From: Phormidesmis sp.
GTDB lineage: Bacteria > Cyanobacteriota > Cyanobacteriia > Leptolyngbyales > Leptolyngbyaceae
Reading direction: 5' to 3'
Assembly: GCA_965248535.1 (NCBI GenBank)
Contig: CBDFJR010000002.1
Span: 2,411,206 to 2,475,205, forward strand
DNA length: 64,000 bases
The notes under the pieces are model-generated. The model searched no databases, had not been told where the DNA came from, and saw only the letters and a program-made list of their open reading frames with translations. A program made the translations under genes and the position numbers. Shown piece after piece: positions 8,547 through 18,800 of this stretch; positions within the stretch are counted from its first letter, which is position 1, and each line of letters begins with the position of its first letter.

Positions 8547-11500
8547 AAACTATCGAATTGATTGGTCAAGTCGCGGCTGACTTTCTCAAGCGATCGATTC
8601 AAACCGATGAAGCCAGCGAAGGGGTTGCACGATTCCTGCTCAATCGTCTAACTGCCCAACAGATCGCGGCAGTCTGCAAAACGATTCTGCAAGACTCCGA
8701 GCTTTCTCCGCTCATCAAAATTCAAATTCCGCGCGATTTAGTCGAAAGCTACAATTTACCTGAAGAAATTCTCACTGTTGAATCAACCGTTCACTTACGA
8801 CATTCAGCGTGCGATCGCCCTGCGCTCCTGCTAGTCAATATTAGTGACGACCAAGCCCAATCCCTAAAGGATATTACTTCAGTCGGCGCTCAAGAATTGA
8901 GAGGGCAAATTGACTGTTGGATTGACCTAGCCGCGAGGGATTTAGCAATTCCGTCTGAGCAAATCGAGTATTGGCGTAAAGCTCTCAACGGACTGCAAAA
9001 AGTTGGCACCCCTAGCTTAGAAAATTTTGCGGAATTCATTGTTCAGACGCGATCGCGCATTCTTGACCAAAGCCTTCCCGTCGTCGATGCGCTGGGCTGG
9101 GCACTTCCCGCGCTGCGCCTTCCTCGTGATTCTGGTTACTTTCGAGCGATTCCTGAAACCCAGTGGGGACAAACTCAGCGTTGGGAAAACCTATTTCAGC
9201 AAGCCTTCACAAAACGCGCTTGTCTATTGCTAAAGCAAACGCCTAACCGTAAACCGATCGATGAGCAAGAGCTACAAACTGCCTTCGATAAAGTAAAAGA
9301 TGATATCCCTGCGATCGCTCATCCCATTATTCAATCATTCATCGCGAGTTCCGCAGGCTGGAATCCTCATGCTGAAAATCTCGCTCAGTTCGAGTGGGAA
9401 TCTGAAAATATCAACACACTTTTCTCTGGCTTACAGGCACAGAAAACAGACATTGCTTCTCTCACGCTAGAGTTTTTCAATGATGAGTATCCCGATGTTC
9501 TGACTGAAGAGGAGTCGCAGTACATCAATGCACTCAAGAAGAAACGTAGTAAGCGTGAGGCACTAGACGAGGATCGGGAGTTCTATGATGCCCATCGTCC
9601 AGAGCTTGAAGATAATCCTAAACTTAAAGCCAAGTGGGATAAATTCGTCTACGGGCAACCCCTTGAATGCACAGATTTCATGATTGGGTTACTCCAAGCC
9701 TTTGAGCGCCTCTTTAACCAAGCAGAGACGGTTGATGGTGTTAAATCGCTCAAAATCGAGACGCAGAAGAAAGCTGGCAAAAGTAAATGGCTAGAACTGA
9801 ATGCTGATGTGGGTCGATATTTCTGCACCCGCTATCGAGGAATTGAACAACTAACTGCCGCACACATTGAATGGGACACTCACTGGCTATTTAAGTACGA
9901 AACCCTGCTCGAAGAAACTCAGAAAAAGCAGAAGTCGAAATATCGTGAGAATACCTCCGCTGCAAAAACCGCAACAGAAATTAAGTTCTACATAGAGATG
10001 CGGGATAGCGCTAAGACATTAATTGCAAAAACTCAACTCGTTTGGCGCTGTAACCCGAATGCGATCGGGATGGAGTTGAGCAGTGATTTAGCAAGGCTTC
10101 TGAATAAATCTCCCTTTCAGCTTTCAACAGTGGCGCGAGAGCTAGTTAGCAGAAAGGGGCGTTTGCAGGGAATTTCCCTATCTGATGTCGGAACTTTGAT
10201 GGCTACATACAGCAAAGATCGCGGTTCCTTAATCGGTAAATATGAAAATAAGGACGATCTCGCCAAGATTCTACCTAAACAACTTAAACAAGCCGTTGCA
10301 GAAGGTCGCCTCTCGAAGGAAGGGGCAGATGCGATCGCAGATGCTTGGAAAGCTTTTACAGATCGATATCGGGCTGCGATCGCAGGGTTTACATCCGCAG
10401 ACGGACGAGGCATCGCCAATCCAGAATTGCTACACCAGTGCGAAGCTTACAAGGCGCTGCTCAACACGATCCTCACTCATGTCAAAGGCGATCTCAATCG
10501 CATCAACTTGTACCAACCTGTGTTGCGTTTAGGCTGTATTCAAGTTGAACGCGGTAAACCTGCGGCGATCGTTGCGCCTTGGCATCCTCTGAGATTAGCC
10601 TCTCTAGCAATCAAGGTTCGTCAACTCGCAGGCTTGCTCCAATACATTATCTCCACCCCAGAAGTGAATTTTGGAGATTCTCGCCTATTCTTTGCCGACT
10701 TACGAAACGAACTCGATCACCCTTACTATCCCGAAGTCTGCGTCGGCTACCAAGGGCAGCAACCCGAACTTCTATCTGTCTCCGATACGCTCAATGACTA
10801 TAGTTTGATGGAGCGCCCGACACGAGACGAAAGCGATCGCACCACTAATGAGAACCCTGCCGAAGCAGCCGATCGATTACTTGGCATCATTCGTCGCTAT
10901 GTCGAACTAATGCCCCACGAGAAGGCTAATCTGAGCGTGGTGCTGTACCAAACCGACTCGATTAAACTGCCTCAAGCGATCGTCCATAAACTGAGCGAAG
11001 AACTTCAAGACGATCGTGAGGAAGTTCGCTGTCAGGTTATTCTGCGTCATCGAAATGGACAGAAACTCACTCAACTCTACGAGCAAATGCTAGAGAGTTC
11101 TGATGCTGACCCAGATGCGTTTATTGCTAGCGAAGTTTCTCAAGACTTTATGGCAAGACTTCGCATTTCAGTCATGTCTCATGATGTCCCGACCACTAAC
11201 CCTAGAGAAGGCAAGTTTGCTGACATCGTGTTTCTACAAGATGCAATTTCCCGGCAAGCGAAAGTTGTCTGGCAACCGTCTCCTTTCGATAGCGCCGCAG
11301 CCGATCTTCTAATTCACTCCCCTGCGCGTTGGTCGCGTAAGCGCCCTTCTGCGACAGATGAACTCAAGTCCACAGTTTACCTTACCTGCCCTAAGCAACC
11401 CGTAGTCGGACAGATCTACCTCGACCTCGTGTACAGCATTATTGAGGGCGAAGACTGCTCTCCTGAGCAACACTTTCTACCTGCTCGTCAGATTTCTTTT

Positions 11501-13873
11501 CAAGACGAAACCACAAAGACAACCTTTGATGAAAGTCATCGTTTAGGAGAATGGGTCGTCAACTACGATGATCTCTTAGAAAGGAGACAACTGGTTAATC
11601 AAGGCGTAAAGGTCATTCGCTACCAGCAGCATCGTACCGACGAACGCAATTTCTTAGTCTCTTCAGATGCGTCATTGAATGTTCTCAAAGTGCTAGTAAG
11701 GAAGCGACTCGGTGATCTCAATCTGGCACTGGAAAGTGATCGCATTGATAAACTTGTAGAGCGCTTGATTAACGATGCCAATGCAGTTTCTGGTGACATT
11801 GTGTTGCGAGCTGCGAAATGCGGCAGATTTGCGAGTGAACTGATGGGCGTTGTTCTTAGCAAGGCACTCATTACAGCAGAAATGGGAGCGCAAAATCCCA
11901 TCGGCTGGTACTTCCTGGATGACTATGCCTCCTGGCTCGGACAGAAAGAGGGGCAAATTGCTGACATGATGGCAATTTCACCGCAGTACATTGATGATGA
12001 GCCTGTTCTCAAAGTCATTGTTTCAGAAGCAAAATATGTTGATGTCGCTGGCTTAGCCGATGCCCGCAAGACTTCTCAGAATCAATTAAGGCAGACGGTC
12101 GATCGTATTGCCGATGCTCTGTTCATTAGTCCTGGTCGCCTCGATCGCGATCTTTGGCTTTCTCGTCTCAGCGATCTTCTCATTGATGGCATTGAGTTTA
12201 GCTCCAACAATAAAGTGAATATTGAGCAGTGGCGTGAACAGATTCGCTCAGGGACTCTTCGCATCGATTTATCTGGCTATTCACACGTTTTCGTCACGGG
12301 CACGAATGATAGCAATGCTGAAGGAGAACGATCGCCCATTCCCAAAGTGCAGCGATGTTTTCAAGAAGTCTTCGATCGTGAATCTGTTCGCAAGCTGGTT
12401 CTGGCTTACGAGTCGGGACAGTCGTTGTTTCCCACACGAGAGCAAATCGGCGATGACAAGCCGTGGACAGTGACTCAAGCCTTGCCACCTGCAGATCGAG
12501 TCACCTGGGTATTAGAGATTGAGAAAGTAGAAGCCGTAAATGCTACTCCCTTAGTAGCGGATGTTACTCCATTAGTAGGAAAGGAAGATAACCAGACAGA
12601 GAACCCTGACCAGCTAGTTCAGCTAACCCTTCCTGATGAGCCACTCCAACCTACACCCGCCGATTCTTCTATCGTTTCAAATGTTCAGGCTCTCCATAGT
12701 TGGGCAAGTCCGGCACTTGTTGCGTGGTGGCAGCAAGGACAAGCACAAAGCAATCAGAGTGATGCAGCAGCAGAAAAATGGCTAGAAGAAACTGCCGGAA
12801 AATTGCGGACGGCATTACTGGGATACAGCCTACAAGCCAAAATTGAAGGCAAGCGATTGACTCCCAATGCGGCGATCGTGCGATTCAAAGGTTCTGATCA
12901 TCTGAAGCTAGAGGACATTGAGAAGAAGCGATCGCAACTCTTAACCACTCATTCCCTAAACGTAATCAGCCTCTATGGTCAGCCAGGTGAAATTGTGGTT
13001 TCGGTTGCCCGTCCTCAGCGCCAAACCATCTCTCTACGTGAGGTGTGGGAGAAACGAAAAGTCAATCGCTCTTCTTCAGGAATTAACCTCAGTTTTGTCC
13101 TTGGAGTCAAAGAAATCGATGGCGAACTGCTCTACCTCAACCTAGATAGTAGCTTCGAGAATCTGGAGCAACACGCTCCTCACACCTTAATTGCTGGAGC
13201 AACGGGAAGCGGAAAATCAGTTCTGCTACAAAATCTCCTGCTCGATATTTGTGCAACCAACTCGCCTAAACTCGCCCAGATCTACCTCATTGATCCCAAG
13301 ATGGGTGTCGATTATGCCAATATTAGCGACCTTCCTCATCTCAAAGAAGGCATCATTATCGAGCAAGAACGCGCGATCGAGATTCTGGAATTTCTAGTCG
13401 AAGAAATGGACAATCGGTACCGTAAATTCCTTCCTCAGAAAGCAAAATCTTTGCAGGATTACAATTCCAAAATGCCTGAGCAGGATCGACTCCCGGTACT
13501 TTGGCTTGTTCACGATGAGTTTGCCGAGTGGATGCTGATCGATGAGTACAAAACGGCTGTATCTGCTGCTGTACAGAGATTAGGTGTGAAAGCGAGAGCC
13601 GCAGGAATTCATCTCATTTTTGCCGCACAGCGTCCTGATGCCAATGTGCTTCCAGTGCAGCTTAGAGATAATTTAGGCAATCGACTAATCCTAAGAGTCG
13701 AAAGTGTCGGCACTTCAGAAATCTCACTCGGACAAAAGGGTGCAGAGAACCTCTTGGGTAAAGGACATTTAGCGGCTCGTTTAACAAACCAATCCGATCT
13801 GATTTACGCTCAAGTTCCCTTCCTTGGGGATGAAGACATGGCTACAGTCGCAGAAATTATCAAACAGCAGTGA
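8543..13873 (+). CDS. Large FtsK/SpoIIIE-domain ATPase (SspH/DptH-like PT restriction component)
   Basis: 1776 aa. C-terminal PHTLIAGATGSGKS, LIDPK, LVHDEFAE, ARAAGIHLIFAAQRP, GAENLLGKGH. Internal IADMMAI...VSEAKY resembles a PD-(D/E)xK motif. Located in a PT locus. Confidence 0.8.
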   Translation: MKTIELIGQVAADFLKRSIQTDEASEGVARFLLNRLTAQQIAAVCKTILQDSELSPLIKIQIPRDLVESYNLPEEILTVESTVHLRHSACDRPALLLVNISDDQAQSLKDITSVGAQELRGQIDCWIDLAARDLAIPSEQIEYWRKALNGLQKVGTPSLENFAEFIVQTRSRILDQSLPVVDALGWALPALRLPRDSGYFRAIPETQWGQTQRWENLFQQAFTKRACLLLKQTPNRKPIDEQELQTAFDKVKDDIPAIAHPIIQSFIASSAGWNPHAENLAQFEWESENINTLFSGLQAQKTDIASLTLEFFNDEYPDVLTEEESQYINALKKKRSKREALDEDREFYDAHRPELEDNPKLKAKWDKFVYGQPLECTDFMIGLLQAFERLFNQAETVDGVKSLKIETQKKAGKSKWLELNADVGRYFCTRYRGIEQLTAAHIEWDTHWLFKYETLLEETQKKQKSKYRENTSAAKTATEIKFYIEMRDSAKTLIAKTQLVWRCNPNAIGMELSSDLARLLNKSPFQLSTVARELVSRKGRLQGISLSDVGTLMATYSKDRGSLIGKYENKDDLAKILPKQLKQAVAEGRLSKEGADAIADAWKAFTDRYRAAIAGFTSADGRGIANPELLHQCEAYKALLNTILTHVKGDLNRINLYQPVLRLGCIQVERGKPAAIVAPWHPLRLASLAIKVRQLAGLLQYIISTPEVNFGDSRLFFADLRNELDHPYYPEVCVGYQGQQPELLSVSDTLNDYSLMERPTRDESDRTTNENPAEAADRLLGIIRRYVELMPHEKANLSVVLYQTDSIKLPQAIVHKLSEELQDDREEVRCQVILRHRNGQKLTQLYEQMLESSDADPDAFIASEVSQDFMARLRISVMSHDVPTTNPREGKFADIVFLQDAISRQAKVVWQPSPFDSAAADLLIHSPARWSRKRPSATDELKSTVYLTCPKQPVVGQIYLDLVYSIIEGEDCSPEQHFLPARQISFQDETTKTTFDESHRLGEWVVNYDDLLERRQLVNQGVKVIRYQQHRTDERNFLVSSDASLNVLKVLVRKRLGDLNLALESDRIDKLVERLINDANAVSGDIVLRAAKCGRFASELMGVVLSKALITAEMGAQNPIGWYFLDDYASWLGQKEGQIADMMAISPQYIDDEPVLKVIVSEAKYVDVAGLADARKTSQNQLRQTVDRIADALFISPGRLDRDLWLSRLSDLLIDGIEFSSNNKVNIEQWREQIRSGTLRIDLSGYSHVFVTGTNDSNAEGERSPIPKVQRCFQEVFDRESVRKLVLAYESGQSLFPTREQIGDDKPWTVTQALPPADRVTWVLEIEKVEAVNATPLVADVTPLVGKEDNQTENPDQLVQLTLPDEPLQPTPADSSIVSNVQALHSWASPALVAWWQQGQAQSNQSDAAAEKWLEETAGKLRTALLGYSLQAKIEGKRLTPNAAIVRFKGSDHLKLEDIEKKRSQLLTTHSLNVISLYGQPGEIVVSVARPQRQTISLREVWEKRKVNRSSSGINLSFVLGVKEIDGELLYLNLDSSFENLEQHAPHTLIAGATGSGKSVLLQNLLLDICATNSPKLAQIYLIDPKMGVDYANISDLPHLKEGIIIEQERAIEILEFLVEEMDNRYRKFLPQKAKSLQDYNSKMPEQDRLPVLWLVHDEFAEWMLIDEYKTAVSAAVQRLGVKARAAGIHLIFAAQRPDANVLPVQLRDNLGNRLILRVESVGTSEISLGQKGAENLLGKGHLAARLTNQSDLIYAQVPFLGDEDMATVAEIIKQQ

Positions 13874-13880
13874 GTCAACC

Positions 13881-15074
13881 ATGCCCCACAGCAAGTTAGA
13901 GAATAATTCACCTCAAAAGCCCATCTATCTGGACTATCACGCGACTACGCCGACCGATCCGCGAGTTGCAAGTTTGATGCTGCACTACATGACTGAGGAA
14001 TTTGGCAATGCTAGCAGCACCGATCATGAATATGGCGATCGCGCTGAAGCTGCCATTAAACAAGCCGCCAAAAACGTTGCCGATTTAGTCGGAGCTTCAC
14101 CACGAGAAATCATCTGGACATCAGGCGCAACTGAAAGCATAAATCTTGCCATCCAAGGCAGTCTTTCTCCCAATCCGCAAAAGCCGCATCGAATCGCTCT
14201 GCCTCCGATCGAACATAAAGCCGTTCTCGACACCTGCCATGCTCTTGAAAAGCGCGGTTGGGCAGAGCTAATTTATTTGCGAGTCGATTCTAAAGGTAAG
14301 CTCGACCTCGACCATTTAGAGCAAGTTTGTGCTGAGGGAGTGTCTTTACTCTGCGTCATGGCTGCAAATAACGAGATTGGTAACATCTACCCAATTCAGG
14401 CGATCGGGCGAATTGCTCAACGTCACAATATTCCGTTTCTTTGCGATGCCTCCCAAGCCGTTGGTAAGATTCCAATTCAGTTTGAGGAGTGGGGCATTAC
14501 TTATCTCGCAATCTCTGGGCATAAGCTTTACGCTCCTAAAGGAGTTGGGGCGATCGTTGTGCGTAAAGGACATCATTTAGAGCCAATGATGTTTGGGGGC
14601 GGGCATCAGAAGGGAATGCGATCGGGGACGCTCAACGTTCCAGGAATTGTGGGATTGGGAGAGGCTTGTCGGCTGCGATCGCTAGAAATGGAAGCCGATG
14701 AACGTGCGATCGCGACCCAGCGTGACAGGCTCCAAGCTTTACTTCTAGAGAAGTTCTCCAATCTAGTCATCAATGGGGATGTAGAACACCGTTTAGCGGG
14801 CAATCTTCATCTTTCAATTCCTGGAATTCCTAACAGTGCCGTCATCGCTAGAATTCGTCACCAGTTGGCAATTTCAACGGGTTCGGCTTGTTCATCAGGC
14901 ATCGAGTCGCCTTCTCATGTGCTTCAAGCCTTACGCTTGCCAGAGGATATCGTCGAAGGCGCGTTCCGAATTGGACTCGGAAAATTTACGACGGATGATC
15001 AGGTTAACAAAGCATTTGAAGTTCTCTCTGATGCAATTACTCAGGTTCAGCAGGTTCTCTGTGCGATTTCTTAA
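13881..15074 (+). CDS. Cysteine desulfurase (IscS/DndA/SspA-like)
   Basis: IYLDYHATTP, TSGATES, NNEIG, SGHKLYAPKGVG (PLP lysine), RSGTLNVPG, STGSACSS (catalytic Cys). Start taken as ATG 13881. Confidence 0.93.
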   Translation: MPHSKLENNSPQKPIYLDYHATTPTDPRVASLMLHYMTEEFGNASSTDHEYGDRAEAAIKQAAKNVADLVGASPREIIWTSGATESINLAIQGSLSPNPQKPHRIALPPIEHKAVLDTCHALEKRGWAELIYLRVDSKGKLDLDHLEQVCAEGVSLLCVMAANNEIGNIYPIQAIGRIAQRHNIPFLCDASQAVGKIPIQFEEWGITYLAISGHKLYAPKGVGAIVVRKGHHLEPMMFGGGHQKGMRSGTLNVPGIVGLGEACRLRSLEMEADERAIATQRDRLQALLLEKFSNLVINGDVEHRLAGNLHLSIPGIPNSAVIARIRHQLAISTGSACSSGIESPSHVLQALRLPEDIVEGAFRIGLGKFTTDDQVNKAFEVLSDAITQVQQVLCAIS

Positions 15075-15157
15075 AGTCGGGGCGTTTACCCTTCGGGAAC
15101 TTGCAAAGCAAACCGCACCCGTCAGACATCCTGTAATCAGGGAATAAGTTACTCTTG

Positions 15158-15604
15158 TCAAGGCGAAGATAAGATCTCGTCCAAAAGCATGAGAGGTAAA
15201 TTAGGAACGTTGCGGAAGGCACGATCGTTGCTCAGGAAAACTGTACAGTTCGCACTTAAAGCAGTAGCTGCATGAATGGCATCAGGCGTTTTCAGATTGG
15301 TGGTCGCTCGCAGATTAGCGGCATCCCGTAAAATAGAACGCTGAATCGGAATCAGTTGAATGTCTGAGTTTTCCAGTAGCTGTTCGTAGTCGTTCGCAAG
15401 GACTGTATTTGTCTGTCTCAGAGGGAAGACGAGCGTTTCCATGAGAGTTAATTCACTGGTTACGATCTCAAGTTCGCTTGCCTGAAATTTTGCCCAGAGA
15501 GGTTGAAGCAGGTCAAAATAGGTTGGATTCGCTTCGACGGTGTAAATAATGATCTGAGTGTCGATATAAATACTGGCAGCAGTAGGTAGTGCTAGCGGTC
15601 CCAT
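15158..15604 (-). CDS. vapC: PIN-domain VapC-type toxin
   Basis: IYIDTQIIIY...TSELTLMETLV...LKTPDAIHAATAL...FLSNDRAF. Confidence 0.9.
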   Translation of the reverse strand: MGPLALPTAASIYIDTQIIIYTVEANPTYFDLLQPLWAKFQASELEIVTSELTLMETLVFPLRQTNTVLANDYEQLLENSDIQLIPIQRSILRDAANLRATTNLKTPDAIHAATALSANCTVFLSNDRAFRNVPNLPLMLLDEILSSP

Positions 15605-15831
15605 GAATTTCTTTCAGCAGCAAGGTCACGATCGAGGTCTTCTGTGGAGCGGTAAGGATGGCGACTGCGGATGTCTTCAAGGAGTTTCAGAACATTGCGC
15701 CGTCCAGTGGGAATGGTTTGAGGTAGCACGACGATGACTTCAACGTCTTCGCCAACAGAACCTTCAGGAACTTCAATTTCAATTTTGTTTCCTGGCAAAA
15801 CTTTAGTCATAATCCGAACGGTTTCTTGCAT
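15592..15831 (-). CDS. Putative antitoxin partner of VapC
   Basis: 79 aa, overlaps the toxin start; TKVLPGNKIEI...VEVIV beta-rich N-terminus and ERNSWD tail. Confidence 0.75.
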   Translation of the reverse strand: MQETVRIMTKVLPGNKIEIEVPEGSVGEDVEVIVVLPQTIPTGRRNVLKLLEDIRSRHPYRSTEDLDRDLAAERNSWDR

Positions 15832-15867
15832 CGTGATTTTCCTTTAAGGGTTCTTCATTTTACGGTT

Positions 15868-18800
15868 TTAATCCTCGATCGCGCCTAATGCTTTGAGAGT
15901 TGCTATTTCTGATTCTGTTAAGCCTTTTACTTCAGTAATATTCATACCTTCGTAAGGACGGTTAGCGAATGTTTTCAAGCATTTTCCAGTCTTCACATCC
16001 CAGAAGCGGACATCTGAACCACCGCTTATGATTTGCTGACCATCAGGACTGAAAGATACTGAAAAAGCGTGATGAGTGCTACCACAAATATCTTGAAGAA
16101 ATTCCCCCGTCCTAGCGTTCCATAATTTGATAATTCCGTCACTACTACCACTAGCTAATAATTGCCCGTCAGGGCTAAAGCAAACAGATTCTATCCACCC
16201 AGAATGACCATAGAGTGCCTTGACCAACTCACCTGTAACAGGATTCCATAGCCTGACGCTTAGGTCATCACCTCCACTAGCTATTATTTCTCCATCAGGG
16301 CTAAAAGAAACAGATTGAACCCAATCTGTATGCCCCTCCAGAGTCTGTAGACATTGCCCAGCAAGATTCCAGATTTTGATTGTCCGATCGGCGCTACTAC
16401 TCAATATCAACTGACCATTAGGACTAAAACACACTGATAAAACCTTGTCAGTGTGCCCTTCTAGGATACTTAAACATTGCTGGCTTTGGAAGTCCCATAC
16501 TCTGAGTGTGTCATCACTACTAGAACTCACGATGAGTGCATCGTCAGGACTAAATGCAAGGCTGTGAATTCGACTAGAATGTCCTCCTAAAGTACCAAGA
16601 TAATGACCACTATGCACATCCCATAATTTAATTACTCTGTCTCCTCCTGCACTAGCAATCACATTAGAATTGTTATTGAATTCGGCACAGCCAATCCAAC
16701 TTGTATGCCCTTTCAACGTATACAAGACTTTTTGAGTAGCGCGTTCCAGAATTTGTACTTCTCCATCATTAGAGCCAATGGCAAGAAAGTGCCCATCAGG
16801 ACTACTCGTGACTCTTATCAAAGACATGAATCCTCGAATGGTCTGAGAGCTAATGCCATGTTCAACATCCCAGACTTTGATAGACTGATCTCGACCTCCA
16901 CTAACGAGTGTGGAGCCATCTGAATTAAACACGACTGAGTAAACATAATCTGTATGCTCATTCAAAGTTTTCAGGCATTGTCCATCTAGAGACCAGAGTT
17001 TGATGGTCTTGTCTTGACTGCAACTAGCTAATGTTGTGCCATCTTGACTGAATGTTACTTTATTGACACGCCCCAAATGCCCGCTAATTGTCATCAAATG
17101 AGAGCCAGTTTCGGAGTTCCATAGCTTGACTGTTTTATCACGCCCACAACTTGCAAGAATCTGTTCTTTGGGACTAAACTCTACACCCAAAACCTTATCA
17201 GTATGCCCTTCAAGAGAAAATAGCAATCTACCAGTCTCAACGTCCCAGAGTTTGATAGTTTGATCGTCACTACAACTAGCTAACTTTTTACCATCTTGGC
17301 TAAAAGAGACTTCACGAACTCTACTACGCCCACTCAACACAAAAACACAGGTTTTGTGTTGGATATCCCATAATCGAACAGTGCCGTCACTTCCGCCGCT
17401 TGCAAGAAATCTACCATTAGGATGAAATTTAACACTATGGACTCTGCCACTGTGTTCTTCAAAAGAGCAGGCACACTCACCCGTTTGAACATCCCAAAGT
17501 TTAACTGTTGCGTCATGGCTGGCAGTTGCTAGAAATTGATTTGAAGGAGAAAAAGCAACTGAAGCAACAAGATTAAAATGAGAGAAATTGATGATTTCTT
17601 TTGATGTTCGGAGATGAAAAATACGAACCATGCCGCTGTATCCACCTGCCGCTAAGAGGTTATCATCTGAACTCAACGCAACAGAAGTTGTCCTTCCTAC
17701 TAAATTAGCTAGCTTTGACTCTGCTAAATTAGCTCCTGAAAAATTTGTCTGATGTAAGATGGCAAGTGAAAGGTCAGCGCCTTGAATATTAATTTGCTGC
17801 AAATCTCGGCATTTCAGCGCATTCTTATCCAACTGCATTATCACAGTAACTGCATTTCCTCCAGTGAATCTAGTTTTTTCGGGACTTTCGTTTCTTGTGC
17901 AGTAAATGAGTTCTATCAAACTGTCAGTAGTTGCGGAAGAAAGCATTGGTACTAACAAATCTACAATTGCTTTGGATAAAGGTACTTTCCCAAAACTTAA
18001 ACCCAAAATCTCCAAATTTTCTTGCCCCAGCTTTTTCAGTTGTCCAATGCAATTGCTTTGTTGTGCAAAGCATTCTGACCAAGTAGATTGTTGTGATAGA
18101 GTGCTGTAATCCAAGTTGAAATCTGTTTGTATCAATTCAAGAAAATCAGGCGCTAGTAAACCAAGCTCCGCTGCAAATTTATAGGCAACAAAAAACTCTA
18201 ACAGCGATCGATGTGCCGGACTATAATCACCGTCAGCATTCCGAATCAGCATCGTTTGCCCCATCATGTCGTAGTGCCAATGGTCAAGGTCTTTCTCTTC
18301 TTGCACCGCAGATCCAAACAAGCGACGAATGCGATCGGGGAACTCGCGATAGTTCAAACTCATGCGATCGCTCGACAACATCTCCCACGACAACTCGCAC
18401 AGAAAATACAGCTTATCGGCTAACGAGGTAAACGTGCGCTCTGCCTTGATATCCCGCTCCATCTTGCGTCGAACCGCATAGAGATACACCCGCGACATAT
18501 CTATAGGCTTTCCCGCCTCAATCTCTGGCAACGCTTCCAAAATCAACTCTGTCATCACCGGACGACGAGCGAGATCGAGTAATTGTGGATTGCTAATCAC
18601 TTGGTCCACTGTTGGCATCGATGCTTGAAATGACATCACCTGCCGAATTTGCTCATCGTTAAACTTTTCTAGCTCCAAGACTTCAAACTGTGGAGTTTCT
18701 CCGGTTAAGTTCGAGGTGGAGGCTTGCAGTTGAGCATTTAATAACGCTCGTCCTTCTCGCGCATCGGGAAAATGCTCCGTCCGACAGGTCAAGATCACCT

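Noticed and set aside
8543..13873. Cell-division FtsK
   Set aside because: No N-terminal transmembrane region or evident gamma domain, and the context is a PT defence locus.
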